Shown here piece after piece: positions 30,179 through 40,674 of a stretch of DNA of 64,000 nucleotides; the stretch's first letter is position 1, and each line of letters starts with the position of its first letter. The position numbers and the translations under genes were made by a program. The stretch is from Elusimicrobiota bacterium (lineage in GTDB: Bacteria; Elusimicrobiota; Elusimicrobia; Elusimicrobiales; UBA9959): assembly GCA_036574205.1 (NCBI GenBank), contig JAINCQ010000017.1:37722-101721 (forward strand). The letters are read 5' to 3'. Below the pieces are notes generated by a model. That model had not been told where the DNA came from and did no database searches. It saw only the letters and a program-made list of their open reading frames with translations.

Positions 30179-31512
30179 ACTTTATTTATTATATCTAATT
30201 TGTGATTTCTTAAATACCACATTATTCCATCTATTATGTTTATATCCAGTATGGAAAACTCTGTTATGTAATTCAATAGTTCACTGTTTTCTTTTATAAA
30301 TTTTTTTGTTGTCAATATTCTATAGGTTTTTTGTTGAGGCAAATCTATTTTTTCAGAGTCTTTATCTGTGTATTTTTTGGATATGTAGATGCTCGTATTT
30401 AAATTTTTAGTATATCTTATTAGTTCGTTAATTTTATCCCCTTTGACTTTTATATAAACAAGCTTTTCTGAAGTGTCAGTAATGGTTGAGTATACGTCTT
30501 TAATTGTAATATCACCTTTTTTAATTCCTTTTTTAAGCAAATTGTTGTCAAAGATAGAGATATCTGATTTTAAAAAAGAAAATAAAGCGTAGGCATAGAT
30601 ATTTCCAAGCGAAGAATTGCCATTTTTAACAGGTATATCAGAATAAGAAAAAGATATCTTTTTATTAAAATATTTATCTGTTTTTTCAATGATATCATCA
30701 AGCAAAACAAATTTTATTCCGATTTTCTTTTTTGGAATCTCTTCTATTGTTATTTTTTTCCAGAAATTAAGCTTCTGGGATATTGTTATCAAGGAATTTT
30801 TATTCCCGTATGGTATAAAATATGTTTTTCCAATCTTTATTTTTTTGTTTATATCAGCGAGAACAAAATCTGGTTTTCTGGTCAGGTTAGAAAGAAATTT
30901 TTTAAGATAGTTGTTTAACTCTTCTTCGTTTTTCCCTTTCAAATTGGAATGAAGAATTATTATCGCTATATCATAAGAGGTAGATGAGTTTATTTTATTT
31001 ATTTCATACAGCGGATTTTCAATCCTGTAATCCGATATATAAAAAGCTATGGCTGGATCAGTAGAGTTTGCTATTATTGAAAAAAGAGATAATTTTTTGT
31101 TGTTAATATTAGAAATCAAATTCTTTTTTGCAAAAAAAGATTTGCTGTTATGCTTGTTATAAATATTGGTAGCTAAAATGGATGAATTTTTCTTAAAATA
31201 ATTGCTTATAATTTGAGGGGGGAGTTTTTCTAAATCGGTGTTTGTTAAAGAAACAATGTTTATTGAACAATCTTTTGCGAAAGACAGAATATCATTGCCT
31301 TTATTGTATTCGTTTTCAGGGATCTCCTGTGGTGAAATTAGTGGAAATGTTAAGCTTATTTGATTTGCTCCTTTCTCTCCACAGTAGTCATTATAATTTC
31401 TTAAAGACCATACGTTTCTCGCAAAGTCATTGTAAATAAATATCTTAAATTCTGGATTTTTATTAGCGCAAGAAAACAAAAATAAAACTAAAGCCAGAAA
31501 AAAATATCTCAT
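30175..31512 (-). CDS. Lipoprotein, degenerate 5'-nucleotidase/metallophosphatase paralogue
   Basis: Lipobox LFSC; ILATNIY, SSLGN and I.KGDIT..DVY motifs of the 5'-nucleotidase C-terminal domain; metal ligands missing. Confidence 0.65.
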   Translation of the reverse strand: MRYFFLALVLFLFSCANKNPEFKIFIYNDFARNVWSLRNYNDYCGEKGANQISLTFPLISPQEIPENEYNKGNDILSFAKDCSINIVSLTNTDLEKLPPQIISNYFKKNSSILATNIYNKHNSKSFFAKKNLISNINNKKLSLFSIIANSTDPAIAFYISDYRIENPLYEINKINSSTSYDIAIIILHSNLKGKNEEELNNYLKKFLSNLTRKPDFVLADINKKIKIGKTYFIPYGNKNSLITISQKLNFWKKITIEEIPKKKIGIKFVLLDDIIEKTDKYFNKKISFSYSDIPVKNGNSSLGNIYAYALFSFLKSDISIFDNNLLKKGIKKGDITIKDVYSTITDTSEKLVYIKVKGDKINELIRYTKNLNTSIYISKKYTDKDSEKIDLPQQKTYRILTTKKFIKENSELLNYITEFSILDINIIDGIMWYLRNHKLDIINKV

Positions 31513-33059
31513 TCCATTTTGATAAATCTTTTTGTATCGGGGATTTTTATTTCTTTATTTTTTCTAACCCATTCTATCATAGCATCTCTAACAAGTATCA
31601 TTGTGTCTTGATGCCCAGCTATTTTTGAAAAAACTTTTCCGCCGCTCCCGCCAGAACTTAAATAATTGTTTGTTGCTACAGTATATTCTTTTTCAAGTTC
31701 AATTGGTTTTCCATCTTTTTCTATCTCTATTTTTGAAACCTTATCATTTTCAATCCAGTATTTGACTTTTATCCCTGATACATACATCGCTGTTCTGTCA
31801 GGTCTAATATTATCTTTAATAAGGTCGTAAATATCACTCCCTTTCATTTTTATTTTAACTATTGTATTTTCAAACGGCATAACCTGATATAGGTCTCTTA
31901 GTTTTACATCACCCTGAGGTATTATGTTCCTTACTCCTCCAGCATTTTGAAATGCCATATCAGCCTCTGCTTTCCATAAAGTTATGTCTGTGAGAAAATT
32001 TCCTATGGGATTATCAAGGCTTTCAGATTCAAATGTAAGCGGAAGTTCGGCATGTCCAACTATTATATCCATTTTTTTAGCTGTTTCAGAGGATATTTTT
32101 TGGGTTAGTTCTAATACCTTTGGATCTTCACCCGTTATATCAGTCCATAAAGGAATAAGTTCGCAGGATGTACTTTTTAATTTGCCTGTTTTATCGTCAA
32201 AATCAAGTTCAACTTTTGTAATATGAGTAAGCCCCCAGTAGCTTTCACATATCAAAGTATTGGTTTTAGGATCTCTGTATCCTTTTAGAAGACCTGTATG
32301 ATTATGACCTCCTATAATAACATCAGCATTTTTTGCCGATCTGGCTATTCCAAGAGTTGTATGCTTTTCAGCTGTCATTGTGTATGTGGATATATCTATT
32401 AATTTTGCAGATAGTGTTCCATCTATTCCTATATGTGCAAGGATTATAATAGCGTCTGGCTTTTCAGCAGATATTTCATTCATATATTTTTCTGTTTCTT
32501 TTGTTTCGCTGCCAAAAAAAAGGTGTTTTACATTAATTGGTAAGGTAGAGGTCTTAGTATGTTCTCCAGCTATACCCAGTATAGCAATTTTTTTCCCGTT
32601 TTTGTTTATAATTATCCATGGTTTTAAGTATTCAACAGGTTTAATGTCTTCTTTATAATATACGTTCGATCCAAGAAATGGAAATTTAGCTGATTTTATT
32701 AGATTCTTTAAGTTTTCTTCACCAAAATCATAATCATGATTGCCTACAACAGTCGCGGAATAACCAAGCATATTCATATATTCTATGGATGCCATACCAG
32801 TTGTAACATTTCCTTCAGGAGTTCCTTGAAACATATCTCCCGAATCTAACAATATTACAGGATTGGTGTCTTTTTTGATGTAAGATGACATAGCTGCAAA
32901 TCCCCCAATTGATCGTGTGGAGTTTTCTTTATCCCATTTAGCCAGTCTGCTTGAATACATTCCGTGAACATCACTTGTATGATATATATTTATTTTTTCT
33001 GAATGTAAAACCCCAACCTGCCATATTAGAATAGCTGTAAATATTATTTTTTTTATCAT
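31509..33059 (-). CDS. Secreted bifunctional 5'-nucleotidase/UDP-sugar hydrolase
   Basis: HTSDVHG, LDSGDMFQG, GNHDYD, AHIG, GGHNH, N.GGVR and PFEN motifs. Confidence 0.93.
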   Translation of the reverse strand: MIKKIIFTAILIWQVGVLHSEKINIYHTSDVHGMYSSRLAKWDKENSTRSIGGFAAMSSYIKKDTNPVILLDSGDMFQGTPEGNVTTGMASIEYMNMLGYSATVVGNHDYDFGEENLKNLIKSAKFPFLGSNVYYKEDIKPVEYLKPWIIINKNGKKIAILGIAGEHTKTSTLPINVKHLFFGSETKETEKYMNEISAEKPDAIIILAHIGIDGTLSAKLIDISTYTMTAEKHTTLGIARSAKNADVIIGGHNHTGLLKGYRDPKTNTLICESYWGLTHITKVELDFDDKTGKLKSTSCELIPLWTDITGEDPKVLELTQKISSETAKKMDIIVGHAELPLTFESESLDNPIGNFLTDITLWKAEADMAFQNAGGVRNIIPQGDVKLRDLYQVMPFENTIVKIKMKGSDIYDLIKDNIRPDRTAMYVSGIKVKYWIENDKVSKIEIEKDGKPIELEKEYTVATNNYLSSGGSGGKVFSKIAGHQDTMILVRDAMIEWVRKNKEIKIPDTKRFIKME

Positions 33060-33470
33060 TTATCCCTCCATTTTTTCTATAAGAAGCAAAATAGCGGTTA
33101 AAATATTATTTATTCCACTATATATATTATCATATTTTATGTTATATATAAAATTTTCTTCGAGTTTTAAACTTTTTGAATCAAGATTTAAGTTTTTTTG
33201 CAATTCATATATTTTTTTACGTGACTGAGCAAATTTACTGTGGGATAAGTCTTTTAATATAGATGAAATTTCAAAAACATATTTCTTAATATTTTTATTT
33301 TTTTCATTTTTTATATCTTTGATAATTGTAGATAGGTTTTTGATAATTAAAAAAAGAAGTGGGGAATAAAATTTATTTTTTAAAATTTTTGATTCAATTA
33401 AATCTATAGAGTTTAAATCTAAATTTTCAACTGTTGTGGCTATTTCTTTTATCAAAATATTCAATTTCAT
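33060..33470 (-). CDS. Hypothetical protein
   Basis: 136-aa ORF abutting the next gene; no recognisable motif. Confidence 0.5.
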   Translation of the reverse strand: MKLNILIKEIATTVENLDLNSIDLIESKILKNKFYSPLLFLIIKNLSTIIKDIKNEKNKNIKKYVFEISSILKDLSHSKFAQSRKKIYELQKNLNLDSKSLKLEENFIYNIKYDNIYSGINNILTAILLLIEKMEG

Positions 33471-33486
33471 TTTTTGTTTTTAAATT

Positions 33487-33516
33487 AAAAACCCCGCTTT
33501 AAAAAAGCGGGGCTTT
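33487..33516 (-). terminator. Rho-independent terminator after rplM-rpsI
   Basis: ccccgcttt...aaagcgggg hairpin with U-tract on the minus strand. Confidence 0.85.
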
Positions 33517-33542
33517 CAAGTAAAACTTTCCAGATAAATAAA

Positions 33543-33932
33543 TTATCTCTTTGAGAACTGGAATCTTTTCCTTGCCTTTGGTTTTCCCGGCTTTTTCCTT
33601 TCTACCATTCTTGGGTCTCTTGTCAAAAATCCAGCTTTTTTCATTGAATGGTGAAAACTTTCTCCAAGCTTTGCTATTGCCCTTGATATTGCATGTCGTA
33701 TGGCTCCTGCCTGAGAAGAAATCCCACCACCTTTAACCTGAATTACGCAGTCAAATTTTTGATCTTTAACAAGGTCAAATGGGGAAAGAACTGTTGTCTT
33801 TAATCTTGGATTGTTACCAAAATAAGAATCAAGATCTTTATCATTTATTATTAACTTTCCAGAACCATTTTGCTGCAAAAAAACTTTTGCTGTTGAAGTT
33901 TTTCTTCTTCCGGTTGCAATTATTCTTTCCAT
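33543..33932 (-). CDS. rpsI: 30S ribosomal protein S9
   Basis: ATGRRK, GGG..SQAGAIRH and TRDPRMVERKKPG..KARK.FQFSKR motifs. Confidence 0.98.
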   Translation of the reverse strand: MERIIATGRRKTSTAKVFLQQNGSGKLIINDKDLDSYFGNNPRLKTTVLSPFDLVKDQKFDCVIQVKGGGISSQAGAIRHAISRAIAKLGESFHHSMKKAGFLTRDPRMVERKKPGKPKARKRFQFSKR

Positions 33933-33944
33933 ATTAACCTCTTT

Positions 33945-34370
33945 TTAATTTTTTGGTAAAACTAAATCTATTTTATCTGTTTTGTACAGCCTTAATCTTT
34001 TCAACCTTTTATCTCTCAGCTTATTTTCATCAAGCATTCTTTTTACAGCTAAGTAAACTACCTTCCTTGAATCTTTTTTCATCATATCTTTAAAGGATGT
34101 AATCTTTGCGCCCTTTGCATAGCCTGAATGGGAAAAATAAAACTTTTCATTCTCCTTATTGCCGCTGAGTTTTATATAATCGGTATTTGTTACCACCACA
34201 AAATCTCCACAATCCATATTTGGAGTATAGTAAGGTTTATTCTTTCCCATAAGCAGCATAGCTATTTTTGATGCCATTCTGCCTAAAATCTGATTTTTGG
34301 CATCTATCTGATGCCATTTTCTGTTTTTCTCCACGAATTCTTTTGATGGTAAATATGTCTTAGTTGTCAT
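33945..34370 (-). CDS. rplM: 50S ribosomal protein L13
   Basis: W..IDA....LGR.AS.IA..L.GK.KP.YTP..DCGD.VVV. Confidence 0.97.
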   Translation of the reverse strand: MTTKTYLPSKEFVEKNRKWHQIDAKNQILGRMASKIAMLLMGKNKPYYTPNMDCGDFVVVTNTDYIKLSGNKENEKFYFSHSGYAKGAKITSFKDMMKKDSRKVVYLAVKRMLDENKLRDKRLKRLRLYKTDKIDLVLPKN

Positions 34371-34534
34371 AGAAATATAATATAGCAAATTTTTAAATTA
34401 AAACAAAATTATTTTGTATAATTTTAATAGGTTCGCTGATATAATATGGTTAAGATAACTTGAGTTTTTATGTTTTAAGCAAAGGCGGTTAATTTAAGCT
34501 GGATAAGTCTCTTGATGCTTATAAGGAGGTAATT

Positions 34535-35356
34535 GTGAATAACTTGAATGTAGTATATTATCCAGGTAGTATAAAAGAGTTTTCTAAAGTTTATAACAAA
34601 AAAAGCCATATCATTGCCGGTTCTACTTACTTTTTTAAAGCTATGGGGAAAAATACAGACATAAAAGAAATTATATCTATTAAAAAACTTGGGCTGAGGT
34701 ATATTAAAACTGATTCTAAAAATCTAAAAATAGGCGCTCTATCAACATTTGATGATGTAGAGCATAATACCTTATGCAAAAATCTCTATTTTGGATTTCT
34801 TTCAAAAGCTGCGTCTCAATGTTCAAGTCAGTTGATAAGAAATATGGCTACAATTGGAGGAAATATTGCTCATCCAAATGCTTTTAATATAATGCCACTG
34901 GTTATTGAAACTCTTAATGGAAAAGTGAAAGTTTATGATGGTAAAAAATATGAGACTATTTCTCTTTCGGATTATTATAAAACCGCAAAAAAGGGGCTTA
35001 TTGTTGAGATACTTCTTCCTCTTTCTTATAATAAAAATATTTTTTATTTTGAAAAAGTTTCAAAGACAAATTCAAGCTGGGAATCTTATATAACATTTTC
35101 TTTCAGATGCGATTTGGGTTTGAAAGATATAAGGCTTGTTTTTGGAGCAATTAATTCTCTTCCGGTTTTTAATAAAAGCTTTGAAGATGAAATAATTAAG
35201 AAAAAGATATTAGATGAAAGAGAGATTGAGAATATTTCAAACAAATATGCAGAATATATATATTCTTTGCATCCCACTCATAAATATGCAAATTATAGAA
35301 AACAGGTGGTTTATGCAACTGTAAAGGAATTTATAAAAAAGGTTTTGGGGAGATAA
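34535..35356 (+). CDS. Xanthine dehydrogenase family FAD-binding subunit
   Basis: IAGST, IGAL.T and IRNMATIGGNI motifs. Confidence 0.88.
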   Translation: MNNLNVVYYPGSIKEFSKVYNKKSHIIAGSTYFFKAMGKNTDIKEIISIKKLGLRYIKTDSKNLKIGALSTFDDVEHNTLCKNLYFGFLSKAASQCSSQLIRNMATIGGNIAHPNAFNIMPLVIETLNGKVKVYDGKKYETISLSDYYKTAKKGLIVEILLPLSYNKNIFYFEKVSKTNSSWESYITFSFRCDLGLKDIRLVFGAINSLPVFNKSFEDEIIKKKILDEREIENISNKYAEYIYSLHPTHKYANYRKQVVYATVKEFIKKVLGR

Positions 35357-35357
35357 T

Positions 35358-35870
35358 ATGAAAACTATAAAATTAGATAATGAGGGTTTTCTCAAGGTCA
35401 ATTTCAGGCTTAACTCAAAGGATATTAGTGTTTTGGTTAAGCCAAATGAAAGTTTGCTTGATGTTATAAGAAGGCTTGGATACAAAGGAGCAAAAAGAGG
35501 ATGTGATACAGGTGACTGTGGAAGTTGCGCTGTAATTTTAGGAGGAAAAGCTATACTTAGCTGTATTATACCAGCATTTTTAGCTGATGGCGAGGATATT
35601 TTAACAATAGAGGGGCTTGGAAATGTTTTAAACCCTCATCCAATTCAAGAAGCATTTGCAGAAAGCGGAGCTGTTCAATGCGGTTATTGTATACCCGGGA
35701 TAATAATGAGTACAAAATTTTTGCTTGATAGAATCCCGGATCCAGATGAAAAGGATATAAAACATCATCTTGATGGAAATCTTTGTAGATGCACCGGTTA
35801 TGTTAAACAAATAGAAGCGGTAAAAATGGCTGCTAGTAGGCTTAAAAATAATAAAAAGAACAAGGAGTGA
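35358..35870 (+). CDS. Xanthine dehydrogenase family 2x[2Fe-2S] subunit
   Basis: GC..G.CG.C...SC, QCGYC.PG and GNLCRCTGY motifs. Confidence 0.95.
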   Translation: MKTIKLDNEGFLKVNFRLNSKDISVLVKPNESLLDVIRRLGYKGAKRGCDTGDCGSCAVILGGKAILSCIIPAFLADGEDILTIEGLGNVLNPHPIQEAFAESGAVQCGYCIPGIIMSTKFLLDRIPDPDEKDIKHHLDGNLCRCTGYVKQIEAVKMAASRLKNNKKNKE

Positions 35871-38200
35871 TTATGGAAGAAAACAAATTTAAAGTTGTAA
35901 ACAGAAGGCTTGTTAAAATAGATTCGCTTGCTCTTGCCTGCGGAGAACCGCTTTTTTGTGATGACATTGAAATAAAAGATATGCTTTATGGAAAAATAAT
36001 GTTTTCTCCTTATGCTCACGCAAGGATTAAAAATATAGATATTTCTAAGGCAATAAAAGTTAAAGGGGTTAAAGCAGTTGTTAGTTATAAGGATGTTCCA
36101 AGAATTTGTCATACCACCGCCGGGCAGGGATATCCTGAGCCTTCTCCATATGACACATATATTCTTGATAATAAAGTCAGATATGTCGGAGACAGGGTTA
36201 TTGCTGTAGCGGCAGAGACTGTTGAGGCTTGTGATGAAGCAATATCAAAGGTAAAGATAGATTGGGAGATACTAGAACCTGTGTTTGATCCATTTGAAGC
36301 CAAAAAGGGAAAAGTGATAATTCATGATGAAAAAGATTCAAAAAATATTCCAGATGCAGCTCATAATATAGCGGCAAGAGTACCTGATCTTGTAATGTTT
36401 AAAAATGCTGAACCATATTCAGAAGCTGAGTATGTAGTTGAAAATACTTATAAAATACCTTATCTTCAGCATTGTGCAATAGAGCCACATATTACGATAA
36501 CTTATTTTGATAGCTATGGTCGGCTTGTAATAAGGACATCAACCCAGGTTCCTTTTCATGTAAGAAGAATAGTAGCTCAGGCTCTAGGGATACCTATAAA
36601 AAAAATAAGGGTGATAAAGCCGAGGATTGGTGGAGGATTTGGTTCTAAACAGGAAATATTATTGGAAGATATTTGCGCTTTTTTGACGTTGAAAACCAAA
36701 AGGCCGGTAAAGATAGAATATACAAGGAAAGATGTATTTGTATCGTCTAGAACAAGACATCCTTCTGTTGTAAGACTGAAAACTGGGGTAAAAAGGGATG
36801 GAAGCATAACAGATCTATCTATGGAAGTAATGCTGAATACTGGAGCATATGGTTCACATGCTTTAACTGTTCTTATGTGCTCTGGATCTCACACACTTCC
36901 TATGTATAAAGTTAAAAATTATCTTGAATTTTGTGGAGCAAGTGTATATACCAATCTTCCAGTTGCCGGAGCATATCGTGGCTACGGCGCAACTCAGGCT
37001 TTTTTCGCTCTTGAAGTTCAAATGGATATAATGGCAGAGAAAATTGGAATGGATCCTGTTGAGTTTAGAAAAAGAAATTACATTAGATTGGGAGAGACCT
37101 CGCCTGTTTTTAAAGCAATGGGAGAAGGAAGAGAAGGGGTAGATCAGTCTATTTCCTCAATTGGGCTTATTGAAGCAATTGATAGGGGATTAAAAGAGAT
37201 AAAATGGTATGAGAAAAAGGAAAAATACGCAAAGTTAAATCCTAAATCGACAGTAAAATATGGTCTTGGAATGGCATGTATGATGCAGGGCTCTGGAATT
37301 GCTGAAATAGATATGGCATCGGCTACTATAAAAATGAATGAAGATGGTTCATTTAATCTTTTAATAGGGGCAACGGATCTTGGAACTGGCTCTGACACAA
37401 TACTTGCTCAGATAGCCGCAGAAACCCTTGGGGTTGATTTAGGCGATATTATAGTTTATTCCTCAGATACAGATTTAACTCCTTTTGATGTCGGGGCTTA
37501 TGCTTCAAGCACAACTTTTGTTTCAGGAGGAGCGGTTAAAAAAACGGCTGAGATTGTAAGAAATATAATAATAGAAGATGCCGCAAAAATATTAAAGGAG
37601 CCAAAGGAAAATTTAAGTATTGAAAATAAATTTGTTGTTTCTAAAACCGGGAAAAAACTGAGTTTCAAAGAAATAGCAAATACAGCTTTTTATTATCATG
37701 ATCAGCATCAAATAATAGCAAGTGCTTCTCATTATGGTAAAACTTCACCTCCACCATTTGCGGCTCATTTTGCCGAGGTGTCGGTTGATACAAGGACTGG
37801 AAGAGTTAATGTTATAAATTATGTTGCTTGTGTTGACTGTGGAACGGCAATAAATCCAACTCTTGCTGAAGGACAAAATGATGGGGCTGTTGTAAATGGC
37901 ATAGGTCATACCCTTTCAGAGGAACTTGAATTTTCTAGTTCCGGGGCAGTTTTAAATGCAAGCTTTAGAAGATATAAAATATTTAGTTCAAAAGATATAC
38001 CTTCAATTAAAAGTATAATCATCCCAACATATGAACCGGAAGGTCCTTATGGCGCAAAATCAGTATCTGAAATAGGTATAAATGGACCATTACCAGCTAT
38101 TTCAAATGCCATATATGATGCCTGTAAGATAAGATTGTTTGAAGCTCCATTTACTCCTGATAAGGTTTTAAAAGCGCTAAAAGAATCAGCGGGTGTTTAA
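35867..38200 (+). CDS. Molybdopterin-binding subunit of xanthine dehydrogenase family (XdhD/YgfN-like)
   Basis: SPYAHA, STQVP, IGGGFG.KQE, AYRGYG, YASSTT and GAKSVSEIG motifs. Confidence 0.92.
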   Translation: MIMEENKFKVVNRRLVKIDSLALACGEPLFCDDIEIKDMLYGKIMFSPYAHARIKNIDISKAIKVKGVKAVVSYKDVPRICHTTAGQGYPEPSPYDTYILDNKVRYVGDRVIAVAAETVEACDEAISKVKIDWEILEPVFDPFEAKKGKVIIHDEKDSKNIPDAAHNIAARVPDLVMFKNAEPYSEAEYVVENTYKIPYLQHCAIEPHITITYFDSYGRLVIRTSTQVPFHVRRIVAQALGIPIKKIRVIKPRIGGGFGSKQEILLEDICAFLTLKTKRPVKIEYTRKDVFVSSRTRHPSVVRLKTGVKRDGSITDLSMEVMLNTGAYGSHALTVLMCSGSHTLPMYKVKNYLEFCGASVYTNLPVAGAYRGYGATQAFFALEVQMDIMAEKIGMDPVEFRKRNYIRLGETSPVFKAMGEGREGVDQSISSIGLIEAIDRGLKEIKWYEKKEKYAKLNPKSTVKYGLGMACMMQGSGIAEIDMASATIKMNEDGSFNLLIGATDLGTGSDTILAQIAAETLGVDLGDIIVYSSDTDLTPFDVGAYASSTTFVSGGAVKKTAEIVRNIIIEDAAKILKEPKENLSIENKFVVSKTGKKLSFKEIANTAFYYHDQHQIIASASHYGKTSPPPFAAHFAEVSVDTRTGRVNVINYVACVDCGTAINPTLAEGQNDGAVVNGIGHTLSEELEFSSSGAVLNASFRRYKIFSSKDIPSIKSIIIPTYEPEGPYGAKSVSEIGINGPLPAISNAIYDACKIRLFEAPFTPDKVLKALKESAGV

Positions 38201-38255
38201 GATTTATTATTTTAATCTGTTCAGTGCTGGATAAGTATAAAATATTTAATTACAT

Positions 38256-38330
38256 TGGTGCGCTCATCGGGAATTGAACCCGAATCTACGGCTTCGCAGG
38301 CCGTTGCTCTATCCATTGAGCTATGAGCGC
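38256..38330 (-). tRNA. tRNA-Arg(GCG)
   Basis: GCGCTCA acceptor stem, ACGGC-CT GCG AA-GCCGT anticodon arm, TCGGG-TTCAATT-CCCGA T-arm, encoded CCA. Confidence 0.95.
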
Positions 38331-38405
38331 TCAAAATAAAATTATATTAAAAGTTATTTTTTAAAAAAAGCAAAAATTGTAGAATATTTAAATTGGAGGA
38401 AATAA

Positions 38406-39728
38406 ATGAATCCAAAAGAAATAATAAAAATAGTTGATAAAGAAAAAATACAGTTTATAAAACTGTGTTTTGTTGATATACTCGGGCAATTGAAGGCTTT
38501 TACAATAACCAGAAAAGAGTTGGAACATGCCCTTTATGAAGGAATGGGATTTGACGGCTCTTCAATAGAGGGATTTGCAAGGATATATGAATCTGATCTT
38601 TTGTTAATGCCAGATTTTAAAACATTCAACATATTGCCAGAAAGTTTTGATGGGTCAAAGACTGCATTGATGTTTGGAGATATATTAACTCCGGATGGTA
38701 AAAATTATGAGGGTGATACAAGATATATACTTAAGAAAAATCTTGAGTTTATGAAAAAAATGGGATATACAAATTTTATGGTTGGACCTGAATTAGAATA
38801 TTTTTACTTTAAAAATTCATTAAAACCAGAGATTATAGATGAAGGTGGATATTTTGATTCTGTTCCTGTTGATGAGGCTAATGATTTGAGAAAAAAAACT
38901 ATTCAGGTTCTTTCTCAGATGAATATCCATGTTGAATATTCTCATCATGAAGTAGCGCCAAGCCAGCATGAAATAGATTTAAGATATGACGATGCTATAA
39001 CTATGGCCGACAATGTAATAATATATAAACTTGTTGTAAAACAGGTGGCTTCTAAAAATAATGTTTACGCCACTTTTATGCCAAAACCATTAAATAACAC
39101 AAATGGAAGTGGGATGCATGTTCATCAATCTTTATTTAAAAACGGGAAGAATATGTTTTTTGATAAAAATGATAAGTATTTTCTGTCACAAGACGCAAAA
39201 TATTATATAGCAGGATTGATGAAGCATGTTAGAGAAATTTGCCTTGTTACTAACCAGTGGGTAAATTCATATAAAAGACTTGTTCCTGGCTTTGAAGCAC
39301 CTGTTTATATCGCATGGGCAAGAAGAAATAGATCGGTTTTGATAAGAGTTCCTCAGGCAAAGTTAGGGAAAGAAAAATCAACAAGGATTGAAGCAAGATT
39401 TCCTGATCCAGCTGCAAATCCCTATCTTGCTTTTTCTGTGATGCTCAGGGCTGGACTTGAAGGGATAAAAAGTAAAGAGAAACTTTCATCGCCTGTTGAA
39501 GCTGATGTTTATGAAATGAATGAGATTGAAAGGAAAGCAAATAAGATAGAGGTTTTGCCGGGTTCGTTGATTGAGGCAATAGAAGAATCTGAAAAGTCTA
39601 AGATATTAAAGGAAGCTCTGGGAGAACATGTTTTCCAGAAGTTAATAGAGAATAAAAAAATAGAATGGGATATGTACAGAGTAAAAGTTACAGATTATGA
39701 AGTTGAAAGATATCTTTCTATCTTATAG
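38406..39728 (+). CDS. glnA: Glutamine synthetase type I
   Basis: FDGSSIEG, GPELEYF, HHEVA..QHEI, FMPKP...NGSGMH.HQS, NSYKRLVPGFEAP and RIE.R.PD..ANPYL motifs. Confidence 0.96.
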   Translation: MNPKEIIKIVDKEKIQFIKLCFVDILGQLKAFTITRKELEHALYEGMGFDGSSIEGFARIYESDLLLMPDFKTFNILPESFDGSKTALMFGDILTPDGKNYEGDTRYILKKNLEFMKKMGYTNFMVGPELEYFYFKNSLKPEIIDEGGYFDSVPVDEANDLRKKTIQVLSQMNIHVEYSHHEVAPSQHEIDLRYDDAITMADNVIIYKLVVKQVASKNNVYATFMPKPLNNTNGSGMHVHQSLFKNGKNMFFDKNDKYFLSQDAKYYIAGLMKHVREICLVTNQWVNSYKRLVPGFEAPVYIAWARRNRSVLIRVPQAKLGKEKSTRIEARFPDPAANPYLAFSVMLRAGLEGIKSKEKLSSPVEADVYEMNEIERKANKIEVLPGSLIEAIEESEKSKILKEALGEHVFQKLIENKKIEWDMYRVKVTDYEVERYLSIL

Positions 39729-39734
39729 AGTTAG

Positions 39735-40486
39735 ATGGAAAATATAATAAATGGGACTTTAGCTTCACTTATTGCAGGTATGGCTACATTGCTTGGATCT
39801 ATACCTGTATTTTTTTTGAAAACCAAATTATCTCATAAATCTTACTCTGCTATGCTTGGGATTTCTGGTGGGATAATGCTTGCTGCAACTTTTTTCAGTT
39901 TGATTATCCCTTCCATAGAAATGTCTGATGTATATATTACATCTATTGGAATTTTGACAGGAGCTTTATTTATAGATATAATAGCGAAGCTTGTCCCGAT
40001 GAGCATTTTTTTAAAGGGAAGGAAGGTCCGAATATTAACCTGCAAAGAATATTTCTTTTTATGCTTGCTATAACTATACATAATTTTCCTGAAGGTATGA
40101 GTGTCGGGGTAGGGTGGGCATTGGAAGATAAACTCAAATCTGTTTCTCTTGCTTTTGGTATTGGGATACAAAATATCCCGGAGGGAGCTTCTATTGCCCT
40201 TCCACTTCTTGCTCTCGGATATTCTAAGTGGTATTGTATTTTTATAACATTTTTAAGCGCTATTGTTGAACCTGTTGGCGGTTTTATTGGAATAATATTT
40301 GTAAGTTTATTTAAAGGTCTTTTGCCTTTTGTCCTTGCTTTTGCTGGTGGGTGTATGCTTTATGTAATAAGCGGTGAAATGATTCCTGAATCTCATGAAA
40401 AAGGTTACGATAAAATTGCCACATGGTGGCTTATTTTAGGTTTTATTTTAATGATGATTCTTGATAATTTTAGTTTTTTTAAATAA
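39735..40486 (+). pseudogene. ZIP (ZupT/GufA) family metal transporter split by a 1-nt deletion at about 39995-39999
   Basis: Two ORFs carry the N- and C-halves; adding 1 nt restores VP(H/D)EHFFKGKEGP...MLAITIHNFPEG. Confidence 0.85.
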
Positions 40487-40621
40487 GGAAATCCAAGAGT
40501 GAAAGCTTTTTGATAATATTATTTCCTTTGATATTTTTCATTTGTCCAGGAAAGTTTTTCAGTATTTTTTTTATTGATAATACATTATTCCGTTAGACTT
40601 TTTCAAAAGACCCTAAATAAT

Positions 40622-40651
40622 AAAAAAAGGCGGCTATTAGCCGCCTTTTTT
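40622..40651. terminator. Bidirectional Rho-independent terminator
   Basis: aaaaaaaggcggct-att-agccgcctttttt between convergent operons. Confidence 0.9.
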
Positions 40652-40674
40652 ATGCCTTTTTTGAACAAAAAAAC

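Noticed and set aside
34425..34534. Purine or Moco riboswitch upstream of the xanthine dehydrogenase-like operon
   Set aside because: No recognisable conserved core (e.g. UUUCUAC/CCGUAAA) or convincing stems.
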